DNA from: an uncultured Muribaculaceae bacterium
GTDB lineage: Bacteria > Pseudomonadota > Alphaproteobacteria > Rs-D84
DNA length: 32,000 nt
Direction: 5' to 3'
NCBI GenBank assembly: GCA_965231035.1
Contig: OZ246409.1
Coordinates: 601,101 to 633,100, forward strand
In this document: one piece after another, positions 18,913-27,067 of the stretch
How positions within the stretch are numbered: position 1 is the stretch's first letter
How the letters are laid out: each line of letters begins with the position of its first letter
Made by a program: the position numbers and the translations under genes
The notes under the pieces: generated by a model
The model's database searches: none
The model's input: only the letters and a program-made list of their open reading frames with translations
What the model was told of the DNA's origin: nothing

Positions 18913-20124
18913 TTACTTTTTTTCTTCCTTCTTTTCTTCTTTTTTATCTTCTTTCTTTTCACCACCAAAAACGACTTTGCTGACATCTTTGACAGTTTTT
19001 ACAACATTTTCAGTTACCTTTAATGCATCATTTGCCAGACCTTCATTTAATGATTTCTCTTCTTTGACATCAAATACCCCCATAACCATTTTTGTAACTT
19101 CGCCAACCTGGTCGGACAAGAAATTAACAACATAAACCATAACCACACAACCCATCAAAGTCATTGCCGCCAAATTGTCATCGGATAATGCGCCTGCGAA
19201 TATTTGACCGCTGGTTATCATTTGCATCAATTCTGTTGTAGATGTTCCGCTGTTTGAAAAGAACTTGGCAATTATAACCATAACAACTGTATAAGTTAAA
19301 ACCGCTGCGGACAATGCAATTATCGAATTAATGATATTTTTAATCTGACCAGTCCCAAGTTCTTTGCCCAAAGATTTTATCCAGTCAGGTGCATCGGAAT
19401 TTTTGAAAGCGAACATAACAATAGATAATGGGAAAAAGAATGCAAAAAATGTCATTGCAACAATTATGTCTACAAAGTAAAAACAGAATTTTATAAATAT
19501 CTTAAAAAATTCGTAAACCAGATAAAGTCCCATAAAGAACATTAAAATATGTTTTACCAATGTTCCAACACCCGTTAATGCAACCCAAGAAAAAGCATTA
19601 TCCATAACCGCAATACCCAGTTTAATATATGATTGTAACTGGGTTATCGTTGTCTTCATCAGCATTATAATTGTGTTTCTTAATTCTGGTCTGTAAAAGC
19701 CGGTATCATCCATTTCTTTGGGCTGGTATGTGACTTTTTCATTAACTGTTTCATTGTTTGTGTTAACCATACTTTGCGTATATGCCAATGTCATTTGGGC
19801 CACTGGTTCAAAAGTTATTGTTGAAACAAATCTTGGTAAATAAACACCTAATCCCAACAAAGCAAAAACAAACAACGAATTAATCAATACAGGCTTGATA
19901 GATTTTTGATACATTGGGTCTTCGACACCGCCTTTGATATTTTTCCAAACGGCATACAAAATATAAAAAGCCAGGATTAAACAAAATATCAAAATACAGA
20001 ACAATGAAAACTGACGATACACTGCGGCCGCAGCAACAGAAATAACTTGGAACAGGCGATCAAAAACAGGGCAGCCCCAACACTGCACAGATCCATCAAC
20101 TAAACCGTTTAACCATCCGTTCAT
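18913..20124 (-). CDS. Polytopic membrane protein, array member B (403 aa); TrbL/VirB6-like architecture
   Basis: N-terminal CWGCPVFDRLFQVISVAAAAVYRQF module, about 6 hydrophobic spans, LPRFVSTITFEPV helix, C-tail ...GGEKKEDKKEEKKEEKK. ATGA overlap with member A (20121-20124). Confidence 0.6.
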   Translation of the reverse strand: MNGWLNGLVDGSVQCWGCPVFDRLFQVISVAAAAVYRQFSLFCILIFCLILAFYILYAVWKNIKGGVEDPMYQKSIKPVLINSLFVFALLGLGVYLPRFVSTITFEPVAQMTLAYTQSMVNTNNETVNEKVTYQPKEMDDTGFYRPELRNTIIMLMKTTITQLQSYIKLGIAVMDNAFSWVALTGVGTLVKHILMFFMGLYLVYEFFKIFIKFCFYFVDIIVAMTFFAFFFPLSIVMFAFKNSDAPDWIKSLGKELGTGQIKNIINSIIALSAAVLTYTVVMVIIAKFFSNSGTSTTELMQMITSGQIFAGALSDDNLAAMTLMGCVVMVYVVNFLSDQVGEVTKMVMGVFDVKEEKSLNEGLANDALKVTENVVKTVKDVSKVVFGGEKKEDKKEEKKEEKK

Positions 20125-21380
20125 TTCTTTTTTATCCAGCCAGCTGCTGTTCCTATTTTTTTGCCAAAGTCTTTAATGTTTGTCCAAGTATTCTTTGGAT
20201 CATCTTTTACCTTGTTATACATTGCATCTGACCCTGGTGCATATTTGGTTATCATTCCACGTGTCATATTAAATATTCTGAACATCAAATAGAATGTCAG
20301 TATTGTTGATAACCATAAAATAGAATGTTGTCCAAATCCCATTGCACTGTTGGCAACTGTTGGAACATTGCTGGTGGCTGAGCCGTTTGCAGCAACAACG
20401 AATACAGAAGTGTTCCATTGGAACAGCGCGCGAATTATTGCAATATTTATAACCAGTATGAAAGAGCTGGCAATCATAGTAATAACCAGTTGCTGTAATG
20501 ATTTTATAATTCCTTGGAATGGTGGCCATGGATCAATCCATTTATTGCTTTGCTTGGAAACCCAAACCAGAACATTAAAGGGATATAAAACCAGCGACAT
20601 ACCAAAAGTAAATATTCCCTGGATAATAAGCATAGCCATAAAGAGATTACTGGCAACAAAGGTCCAAATTAACAATACTCCGGTTATTAAATTCAAGAAA
20701 TCTTCACCACCATGCGGAACCAGCGTCATTAATCCAGCCAACCCCTTGTTCACAAAATCAAAGCCTCGTTTTATAACTTGGTTATTGGCATGTGAAAGGG
20801 TTGAAACCGGTTGAACCAAGAAGTCACAACTGGACTCTGAAATCCAGCCTTTGTCCAAAACAGATTTTGGGCATTCAATTTTTTTTGCAGGCGCAGTATT
20901 TGTGTTTATGCTGTCCGTAATATTTTCTGTATAGATTGCGCCGAATTTCAAAAATGGATCAACAATAAAATCTGTCACGTAAATTGGTTTTATCTGTAAC
21001 AAAATAGTTGCAGCAATTATTGCACGCATTGCGGGTTTCAAAACTTGGTCTTGGATCATTTGCATACCGGTTATTTTTCCTTCCCACATTTCGCCACCGG
21101 TTTTATCGCTGAACCCAAATAAAGAGAGCCAATTTTTTGGGAAATACATTTTTACAAAATAAAGCCCAATTGAAACACCCAAAATTCCCCAAATAAAAAC
21201 ATAGATAATTCCATCACCATTACCAACAAAGAATTCGTATCCACCAGTTGCAACAGACATCAATGCATCCAAAACTGTTGGAACAATTGGTGCCAGATTC
21301 AAACTGTCAACAATACCCCAGCTGGCATGAGCAGGAGTGATAAATAACAAAGCAAGAAGAGAAAATAACCATTTCTTCAT
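20121..21380 (-). CDS. Polytopic membrane protein, array member A (419 aa); TrbL/VirB6-like architecture
   Basis: Signal peptide MKKWLFSLLALLFITPAHA|SW, then VPTVLDALMSVATGGYEFF amphipathic module, hydrophobic spans, VDPFLKFG helix, loop Cys pair, C-tail ...PKNTWTNIKDFGKKIGTAAGWIKKK. Confidence 0.6.
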   Translation of the reverse strand: MKKWLFSLLALLFITPAHASWGIVDSLNLAPIVPTVLDALMSVATGGYEFFVGNGDGIIYVFIWGILGVSIGLYFVKMYFPKNWLSLFGFSDKTGGEMWEGKITGMQMIQDQVLKPAMRAIIAATILLQIKPIYVTDFIVDPFLKFGAIYTENITDSINTNTAPAKKIECPKSVLDKGWISESSCDFLVQPVSTLSHANNQVIKRGFDFVNKGLAGLMTLVPHGGEDFLNLITGVLLIWTFVASNLFMAMLIIQGIFTFGMSLVLYPFNVLVWVSKQSNKWIDPWPPFQGIIKSLQQLVITMIASSFILVINIAIIRALFQWNTSVFVVAANGSATSNVPTVANSAMGFGQHSILWLSTILTFYLMFRIFNMTRGMITKYAPGSDAMYNKVKDDPKNTWTNIKDFGKKIGTAAGWIKKK

Positions 21381-21387
21381 GAATTTA

Positions 21388-21396
21388 ATTATACCA
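21388..21396 (-). promoter_or_regulatory. Extended -10 promoter (TGGTATAAT on the minus strand), 7 nt before the ATG of array member A
   Basis: The minus strand reads TGGTATAAT-TAAATTC-ATG. No SD, a leaderless layout. Confidence 0.55.
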
Positions 21397-21416
21397 TAAA
21401 ATCGAGAGTCTTTTTA

Positions 21417-21425
21417 TGATATAAT
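21417..21425 (+). promoter_or_regulatory. Extended -10 promoter (TGATATAAT) for array member E
   Basis: A perfect TGnTATAAT 41 nt upstream of the ATG at 21467. The same 9-mer sits upstream of mliC, mraY and murG. Confidence 0.55.
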
Positions 21426-21466
21426 TCAGGTTGTGTTAACATAACCTAGTATGAACAAATGAAAAG

Positions 21467-22786
21467 ATGAACAAATTAAAAAAGTTTTGGATAGTTTTTT
21501 TATCCTTCCTGCCTTTTACGGCTGGGGCGGCTGCACCATTGGTTATTGGCGGTATCGCAGGTATTGGTGTAATTGCAGGATTTTCAATATATCGTTCATT
21601 TGCGCCAGTTAATCCTGCTGATGCTTTATCTTTCTTTTCAACATGTTGGTCGTGTCAGATGTTTTCAGACATTATGGCGACTATGTCGGGTTTGTTACCG
21701 CGTGCGTATCATGCAATTGGAAATGCAATAATTCCAATATGCATAGGACTAACAGCTGTTTGGTTTGGCTGGAATTTGTTGGCGGGATACATTGGTGCAA
21801 ACACAGATAAAAAGTGGGCGTCAGAGCCATGGTCAATGGCCGGTGATTTTGGGACGCATATAATAAAACTGGGTTTTGTGATTGCTTTACTTGCATTTCC
21901 ATTGCCCAGATTGATAACGAATGTTGTTATTGAACCTGTATTTAATGTTGGATTGTCACTTAATCGTGTTGTGTCAGGTGATGAAAAATTTTCAGAATGC
22001 GTTGTTGCAACAGCCTTGGCAGATCCAGTATCCATTGATTCGCGTGCGGCTGAAAGCGGTGCTTATTCACCAAAGCTCCGTCATAATTTGGCGTGCGAAT
22101 TGGCAGGTGTTCACCAAATGACAGGATTGGGAATGACCGTTGGTTGGACAATGCTGAATATGTCTTTTAATTCAAAATATATGCACAAAATTCTTTGGAA
22201 TGTACCGTTCTTTCCAAATATTCCGATTTTCTTTATGGGTTTGTTAATATTGTCATTGTTCTTTTTTGCATTGTTACCCATACCACTATATTTTCTGGAA
22301 ATTTTTATAGAACTATCAATTAATTTAATAATGTTGCCTTTGTTTTTATTGGGGTGGTTATTCAAGGGCTGGTCAATTATCCCGGGGAACGGTGCAGAAT
22401 CAATCCAAGATACAATAAATAAAGTCATCAAAGGCACAGCGGGCATTGCTTTGATTGGTGTTTTTGTTACTTTTGCGATAATGTTTTTAAATTCTATTTT
22501 TGGAAACTGGCAGGGTGCTTCGGCCTTACAAGCAGCATTTGCAAATAACGATTCGACTATTTTGATGGATGGTTTGATGATGAATAATGACAGTCTGGTT
22601 ACAATTATTTTGATGGGTGTATTTATTGCGATGTTTATGGTTAGTATACGTTCGCTTATAGAAGCCTTATTCAGTAAAGTAGGAATTCCATCAAAGTATT
22701 ATGATACTGCAAAAAGTGATCTGCAAAAAATATGGGATAATATGAAAACTTGGTACATTTCGGTCAGCAAGGCTGCAAAAAAATAA
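21467..22786 (+). CDS. Polytopic membrane protein, array member E (439 aa), divergent from A-D; TrbL/VirB6-like architecture
   Basis: N-terminal anchor, CWSCQMFSDIMATMSGLLPRAYHAI module, LPRLITNVVIEPVFNVG (aligns with member B), loop Cys pair, many hydrophobic spans, C-tail ...LQKIWDNMKTWYISVSKAAKK. Confidence 0.6.
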   Translation: MNKLKKFWIVFLSFLPFTAGAAAPLVIGGIAGIGVIAGFSIYRSFAPVNPADALSFFSTCWSCQMFSDIMATMSGLLPRAYHAIGNAIIPICIGLTAVWFGWNLLAGYIGANTDKKWASEPWSMAGDFGTHIIKLGFVIALLAFPLPRLITNVVIEPVFNVGLSLNRVVSGDEKFSECVVATALADPVSIDSRAAESGAYSPKLRHNLACELAGVHQMTGLGMTVGWTMLNMSFNSKYMHKILWNVPFFPNIPIFFMGLLILSLFFFALLPIPLYFLEIFIELSINLIMLPLFLLGWLFKGWSIIPGNGAESIQDTINKVIKGTAGIALIGVFVTFAIMFLNSIFGNWQGASALQAAFANNDSTILMDGLMMNNDSLVTIILMGVFIAMFMVSIRSLIEALFSKVGIPSKYYDTAKSDLQKIWDNMKTWYISVSKAAKK

Positions 22787-22837
22787 AAAATCAAGTTATT
22801 TATTTTACCTTGGGGGCTTTTTTGAAGGTTCCGAATC

Positions 22838-22846
22838 TGGTATAAT
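22838..22846 (+). promoter_or_regulatory. Extended -10 promoter (TGGTATAAT), 8 nt before the ATG at 22855
   Basis: TGGTATAAT-TCAAATCA-ATG with no SD. Confidence 0.45.
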
Positions 22847-22854
22847 TCAAATCA

Positions 22855-23364
22855 ATGAAGTCGGTTCCGATTCTTTATTGGTCACGTAAAACCAACAATG
22901 ATACTGAGTATCAGTTGGCTCGTAAAACGATAAGCTCTGTGCATGGTGTTATGCCAGAAGTTATCGCAGGCGAATACGATATTGTAGAATTATTGTCAAA
23001 AAATCCTGACAGCGTCCTTTATTATCCTGTATTTTGTGGTTCGACTGGCTGGTGGGGCGAATTTTTGGGTGGTCAGGCATCGGTTACAGATAAAATAATA
23101 ATATCCCCTGAATGTCAATTAATGGCCATAGAAATGGGTAGCATCCAACCAAAAAAAGGTCAAAACCAATTATTGGCAGCCGAAATATATCCAACCAGTG
23201 GATTTTTTAAGAAAATGAATTCATCTGTTGCAACAGTTGTTGATATGTTGGCAACTGATGCTGGAACTATCCTGGCATTGTTTTCTGGCAAAAGCCATAC
23301 ACAGCTGGTAAATATTTTAGAATCGACAGGAAACTCCTATTTGGGGTGTATCGGTCGCTATTAA
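22855..23364 (+). CDS. Hypothetical protein (169 aa)
   Basis: Open frame with composition typical of the neighbouring housekeeping genes. No motif I recognise. Confidence 0.6.
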   Translation: MKSVPILYWSRKTNNDTEYQLARKTISSVHGVMPEVIAGEYDIVELLSKNPDSVLYYPVFCGSTGWWGEFLGGQASVTDKIIISPECQLMAIEMGSIQPKKGQNQLLAAEIYPTSGFFKKMNSSVATVVDMLATDAGTILALFSGKSHTQLVNILESTGNSYLGCIGRY

Positions 23365-23396
23365 ACCGACATAAAGTCGTTTTTTCCTGATTTGTC

Positions 23397-23424
23397 TTGA
23401 TTTCTTGAAAAATCTTTGTATAAT
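23397..23424 (+). promoter_or_regulatory. Putative sigma70 promoter of rpmE
   Basis: TTGATT, 16 nt, TATAAT. The ATG lies 27 nt downstream of the -10, preceded by AAGGG. Confidence 0.5.
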
Positions 23425-23450
23425 CGGTGCGCTAAATAAAAGGGTAAAAA

Positions 23451-23663
23451 ATGAAAAAAGCTATTCATCCCGCATATCATGAAATCAATGTCACAACGAC
23501 AGACGGGAAAACTGTAAAAATGTATTCTTCGGTTAAGAAAGATTTGGTCTTGTCTACCGATAATTTGAATCATTCCGCTTGGACTGGTCAACGCAGCAAT
23601 GCTGGTGACAAAGGTCAACGTGCTGCCGACTTTAAAAAGAAGTTCGGTGGATTTAAATTCTAA
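23451..23663 (+). CDS. rpmE: 50S ribosomal protein L31 (Cys-less type)
   Basis: MKKAIHPAYHEINVTTTDGK...HSAWTG...FKKKFGG. 70 aa. Confidence 0.9.
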   Translation: MKKAIHPAYHEINVTTTDGKTVKMYSSVKKDLVLSTDNLNHSAWTGQRSNAGDKGQRAADFKKKFGGFKF

Positions 23664-23686
23664 TTTATTTCTGTATTGGAATCGAT

Positions 23687-24391
23687 ATGGATATCCTGAT
23701 CAAGGGCTCTTCGGAATTAAATAAAATGTTTGCTGCTTTGCAGTATACTGCCTCTGGTCTACGTCGTGATTTTGGCGAAGTTGAAAACCTGCAACAGTCA
23801 CTTCGTGGTGCTATGGATTTTGTTCAAAAAGCATCCCAACGCATCGAAGAAAGTATTCTGTCTGATTTATTATTAGTCAGACCATCAGCAGGATTGTTGA
23901 CACCCAATGTTTCCAAGGATGGTGATGGTCGTGATGAATTTGTTTTGGCACTTTCCGGGGCCGCAAATTTTGTTCGTGGAAATCCAAACTTTGCGATTTC
24001 ATTGGCATTGCGTTCTGGGGACGAAACAAAAATTGCATTGGTTTATTCACCAATAGATGAAAAACTTTATTATGCTGAAAAAGATGCAGGTGCGTACATG
24101 TTTTCGGCTTACCATTCCGCTAGAATCAAGGTTTCAAATTTATCAGAAAAATCAGATTTAACTGTTGGTTACAATGTCGCTGGAAATCATAAAATGATTG
24201 GTGCAAATTCACGTATAACTGGCTGTCCGGCTATGGATTTGGCATGGGTTGCGGCTGGGAAATTCGATGCATATATTTCTGATCCGCTGGATTACGCAGA
24301 AATTGCCGCTGGTGAGTTGTTGATAACTGAGGCTGGTGGAAAAATAAAAATGGATTCAGAGTTAGTTGCGTCAAACGGCAAGGTTTTTTAA
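23687..24391 (+). CDS. Inositol monophosphatase / SuhB family protein with degenerate metal-binding motifs (234 aa)
   Basis: The C-terminal half aligns well with SuhB: ITGCPAMDLAWVAAGKFDAYISDPLDYAEIAAGELLITEAGG. The family DPxDGT motif reads ALSGAA (FVLALSGAANFVRGNPNFAISLAL), and the upstream acidic EE(S/T) motif is absent. Confidence 0.6.
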   Translation: MDILIKGSSELNKMFAALQYTASGLRRDFGEVENLQQSLRGAMDFVQKASQRIEESILSDLLLVRPSAGLLTPNVSKDGDGRDEFVLALSGAANFVRGNPNFAISLALRSGDETKIALVYSPIDEKLYYAEKDAGAYMFSAYHSARIKVSNLSEKSDLTVGYNVAGNHKMIGANSRITGCPAMDLAWVAAGKFDAYISDPLDYAEIAAGELLITEAGGKIKMDSELVASNGKVF

Positions 24392-24440
24392 GAATAATAT
24401 TAAGTTTGGAAAGAGATTGTGGATAGTTCAAGGAAATAAA

Positions 24441-24914
24441 ATGTTTAAAAATATTCTGCAACGATTAAATCAAGTTAAAGAAAATTATCGAATAAAATAT
24501 AGGTATACCGGAATTTATAAAAACCGGGAAGTTGTGAAATTGCAAATTATGAATGCCATGGGTGCTGTAAAATTAGGAGTGTTGTCTTTTAATTTTGGAG
24601 CAACGGTTTTAGAAATAGATAAGGCAAAAAAAATAATACAGGAAGTTTCAGCCAAGGGTGGTGATTATGGTAAATTATTAACCACTGGACCTGTTTTCGA
24701 ATCATTTAGCAAATTGAATAAAAATCTTTCATCTCAAATACATGAAAATTATTTTTTAAAACAGCACTATTTTTCAGTTGTTGATTCAACCATTGATGAA
24801 GTACAAAAAGCTGTAAAAAATTCTGCAGAAAAAGAAGAAAAAGAATTTTCAGATTTTTCAAAAAAGTTGGAAAATTACAGTTTTGATAGTGTTGTTAATC
24901 AATATACATATTAA
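24441..24914 (+). CDS. Hypothetical protein (157 aa)
   Basis: ATG at 24441 preceded by AAGGAA. The longer ORF start at 24366 would overlap the previous gene. No recognised motif. Confidence 0.55.
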   Translation: MFKNILQRLNQVKENYRIKYRYTGIYKNREVVKLQIMNAMGAVKLGVLSFNFGATVLEIDKAKKIIQEVSAKGGDYGKLLTTGPVFESFSKLNKNLSSQIHENYFLKQHYFSVVDSTIDEVQKAVKNSAEKEEKEFSDFSKKLENYSFDSVVNQYTY

Positions 24915-24937
24915 CAAAACATTATCGCTAAAATAAT

Positions 24938-24966
24938 TTGATTATTTAGAATAATTGTCCTAGACT
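24938..24966 (+). promoter_or_regulatory. Putative promoter of mrcA with leaderless layout
   Basis: TTGATT, 17 nt, TAGACT, then 7 nt (TCACCAG), then ATG at 24974. No SD. Confidence 0.5.
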
Positions 24967-24973
24967 TCACCAG

Positions 24974-27016
24974 ATGAGTTTCAAAAAGATTTTACATATT
25001 GTCGCAAATGCTGTTTTCTGGTGCTTTACTGCCGGGCTGGCAGTATTGTCCATTATGGTTTTAATTTATGGTAATGATTTACCTGATTACAGAAAACTGG
25101 CCACTTATGCACCACCTGTTGCTACACGTTTATATGCTTCTGATGGCAGTTTATTAATTGAATATGCTCAAGAACGCCGTGTATTCATTGACTTTGTTGA
25201 TATGCCCCCACAATTAATCCAGGCATTCGTTGCAGCCGAAGATCAAAATTTCTGGACACACCCTGGAATTGATATTCAGGGTATAATTCGTGCATCTGGT
25301 AATAACTTTATGCGTGCGGTGGGATTTAATAAAAGGTTTACTGGTGCGTCCACAATCACACAACAAGTTGCCAAGAACTTCTTTTTAACTTCGGACAGAA
25401 CGATTTCTAGAAAAATTAAAGAGGCAATTCTGGCATTGAAACTGGAACGTTCTTTTTCCAAACAACACATTATGACACTTTATTTGAACCAGATATTTTT
25501 GGGTGCACGCGCGTATGGTGTGGGATCTGCTTCGTTAATGTATTTTAACAAACCTGTTTCGGAATTGAATTTGGCTGAATGTGCTTTTCTTGCTTCTCTG
25601 CCAAAGGCCCCGAATGATCGTGACCGTGCACTGGAACGCAGAAATTACGTTTTGCGCAGAATGGTTGATGAAGGTTATGTAACTAAAAAGCAGGCAGATG
25701 AAGCTGCAAAAACACCTTTGAATATCAATAGTGGTTTTACCGCGCAGATGGGTGAAGATTTTCAATATTTTGCCGAAGATGTCCGTCGTCAGTTATTGAA
25801 TAGTATTGGACGTGAAACACTTTACAATGATGGACTTTATATAAAAACAACGATTGTTCCAGAATATCAAAAAGCAGCGAGTACTGCACTGAATAAGGTT
25901 TTAGATTCTTATAACAATGGCAGAAGTGAAAAAATTCAAGGTGCAATTATTGCTATGAACCCACACACTGGTCGTGTTGTTGCAATGTCTGGTGGACGTT
26001 CTTTTGCAGAAAGCTCTTTTAACCGTGCAACCCAGGCAATGCGCCAAGTCGGAAGTACAATAAAACCATTCGTTTATTTGGCTGCGCTGGAACGCGGAAT
26101 ATCACCTGAATATATATTGTCTGATGAACCAATTGTTGGTTGGAAAGAAGATGATACTTTATGGAAGCCGGAAAATTATGATAAAACATTTTTGGGTGAT
26201 GTGCCTTTGCGTTTGTCTTTGGAAACATCCAGAAACGTTCCAACAGTAAGATTGGTTGAACAAATTGGAGTTCGTGATGCAATTGAATCCGCACAACGAT
26301 TTGGTGTTTATCCAGAAGATCTAAGAAATATAAATTTATCTTTGGCTTTGGGATCTGGGGAAACAACATTGGAAAAATTGGTTTTGGGTTATTCTGCATT
26401 TGTAAACGGTGGACACTTGGTAAAATCAAAATTGGTTGATTATATCGAAGACAGATATGGTCGTGTAATTGGTGATGTTGATATCCCAGGACAAAAAAGC
26501 TGGAAAAAAGATTTAACACCACCATCTGAAAAATCTGATTCTGAACCTTTGTCTGATCCACAAAGTTTGTACCAGTTGGTTTCAATTATGCAGGGTGTTG
26601 TGGAACGTGGAACTGGTAAACAGGCACATGTCCCAGGGCAAACTATTGCTGGGAAAACTGGGACCACAAACGAAGTCAAAGACGTTTGGTTTGTTGGATT
26701 TTCCAAGAATCTTATTGCCGGTGTTTATTTGGGCTATGACACTCCAAAGCCATTGGGTAATGGAATCGGAAGTTACACCGCAGCCGCGATTTTTGCAGAT
26801 TTTATGAAAGTTGCATTGGCAAATGAACCGAATCAGCCATTTTCAGTTCCAGACGGATTAACATTTATTCGTGTTAACCGCAGTAACGGTGTTTCTGCAA
26901 CCCAAGATCCGAATGGAATTATAATTACAGAAGCTTTTAAAGAAAACCAAGGTCCAAATCCTGCACCACAGACAGTAAAATCTTCTAAAAACCCTGTCGT
27001 TGGCGGAGTGTTTTGA
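24974..27016 (+). CDS. mrcA: Class A penicillin-binding protein (PBP1A-type bifunctional transglycosylase/transpeptidase)
   Basis: N-terminal TM anchor. GT51 motifs EDQNFWTHPGID, GASTITQQ, RKIKE. Transpeptidase motifs STIKP (SxxK), SRN (SxN), KTGTT (KTG). 680 aa. Confidence 0.92.
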   Translation: MSFKKILHIVANAVFWCFTAGLAVLSIMVLIYGNDLPDYRKLATYAPPVATRLYASDGSLLIEYAQERRVFIDFVDMPPQLIQAFVAAEDQNFWTHPGIDIQGIIRASGNNFMRAVGFNKRFTGASTITQQVAKNFFLTSDRTISRKIKEAILALKLERSFSKQHIMTLYLNQIFLGARAYGVGSASLMYFNKPVSELNLAECAFLASLPKAPNDRDRALERRNYVLRRMVDEGYVTKKQADEAAKTPLNINSGFTAQMGEDFQYFAEDVRRQLLNSIGRETLYNDGLYIKTTIVPEYQKAASTALNKVLDSYNNGRSEKIQGAIIAMNPHTGRVVAMSGGRSFAESSFNRATQAMRQVGSTIKPFVYLAALERGISPEYILSDEPIVGWKEDDTLWKPENYDKTFLGDVPLRLSLETSRNVPTVRLVEQIGVRDAIESAQRFGVYPEDLRNINLSLALGSGETTLEKLVLGYSAFVNGGHLVKSKLVDYIEDRYGRVIGDVDIPGQKSWKKDLTPPSEKSDSEPLSDPQSLYQLVSIMQGVVERGTGKQAHVPGQTIAGKTGTTNEVKDVWFVGFSKNLIAGVYLGYDTPKPLGNGIGSYTAAAIFADFMKVALANEPNQPFSVPDGLTFIRVNRSNGVSATQDPNGIIITEAFKENQGPNPAPQTVKSSKNPVVGGVF

Positions 27017-27032
27017 TTTTTTAAATATTAGG

Positions 27033-27041
27033 TGATATAAT
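27033..27041 (+). promoter_or_regulatory. Extended -10 promoter (TGATATAAT) upstream of mliC
   Basis: A perfect TGnTATAAT. AAGAGG RBS before the ATG at 27068. Confidence 0.5.
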
Positions 27042-27067
27042 TATAATTGAAGTAAAGAGGCATCAAA

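Noticed and set aside
16094-22446. Nested and antisense ORFs within the five-gene membrane array (for example 16156-16404, 17380-17829, 17948-18220, 20350-20814, 21709-22035, 22111-22446).
   Set aside because: They overlap the long, mutually homologous membrane-protein frames. Their skewed composition is typical of shadow ORFs.
25276-26807. ORFs antisense to or out of frame within mrcA, including the 188-aa ORF 26019-26585.
   Set aside because: mrcA carries every PBP1A signature motif in the annotated frame. The others have no support.
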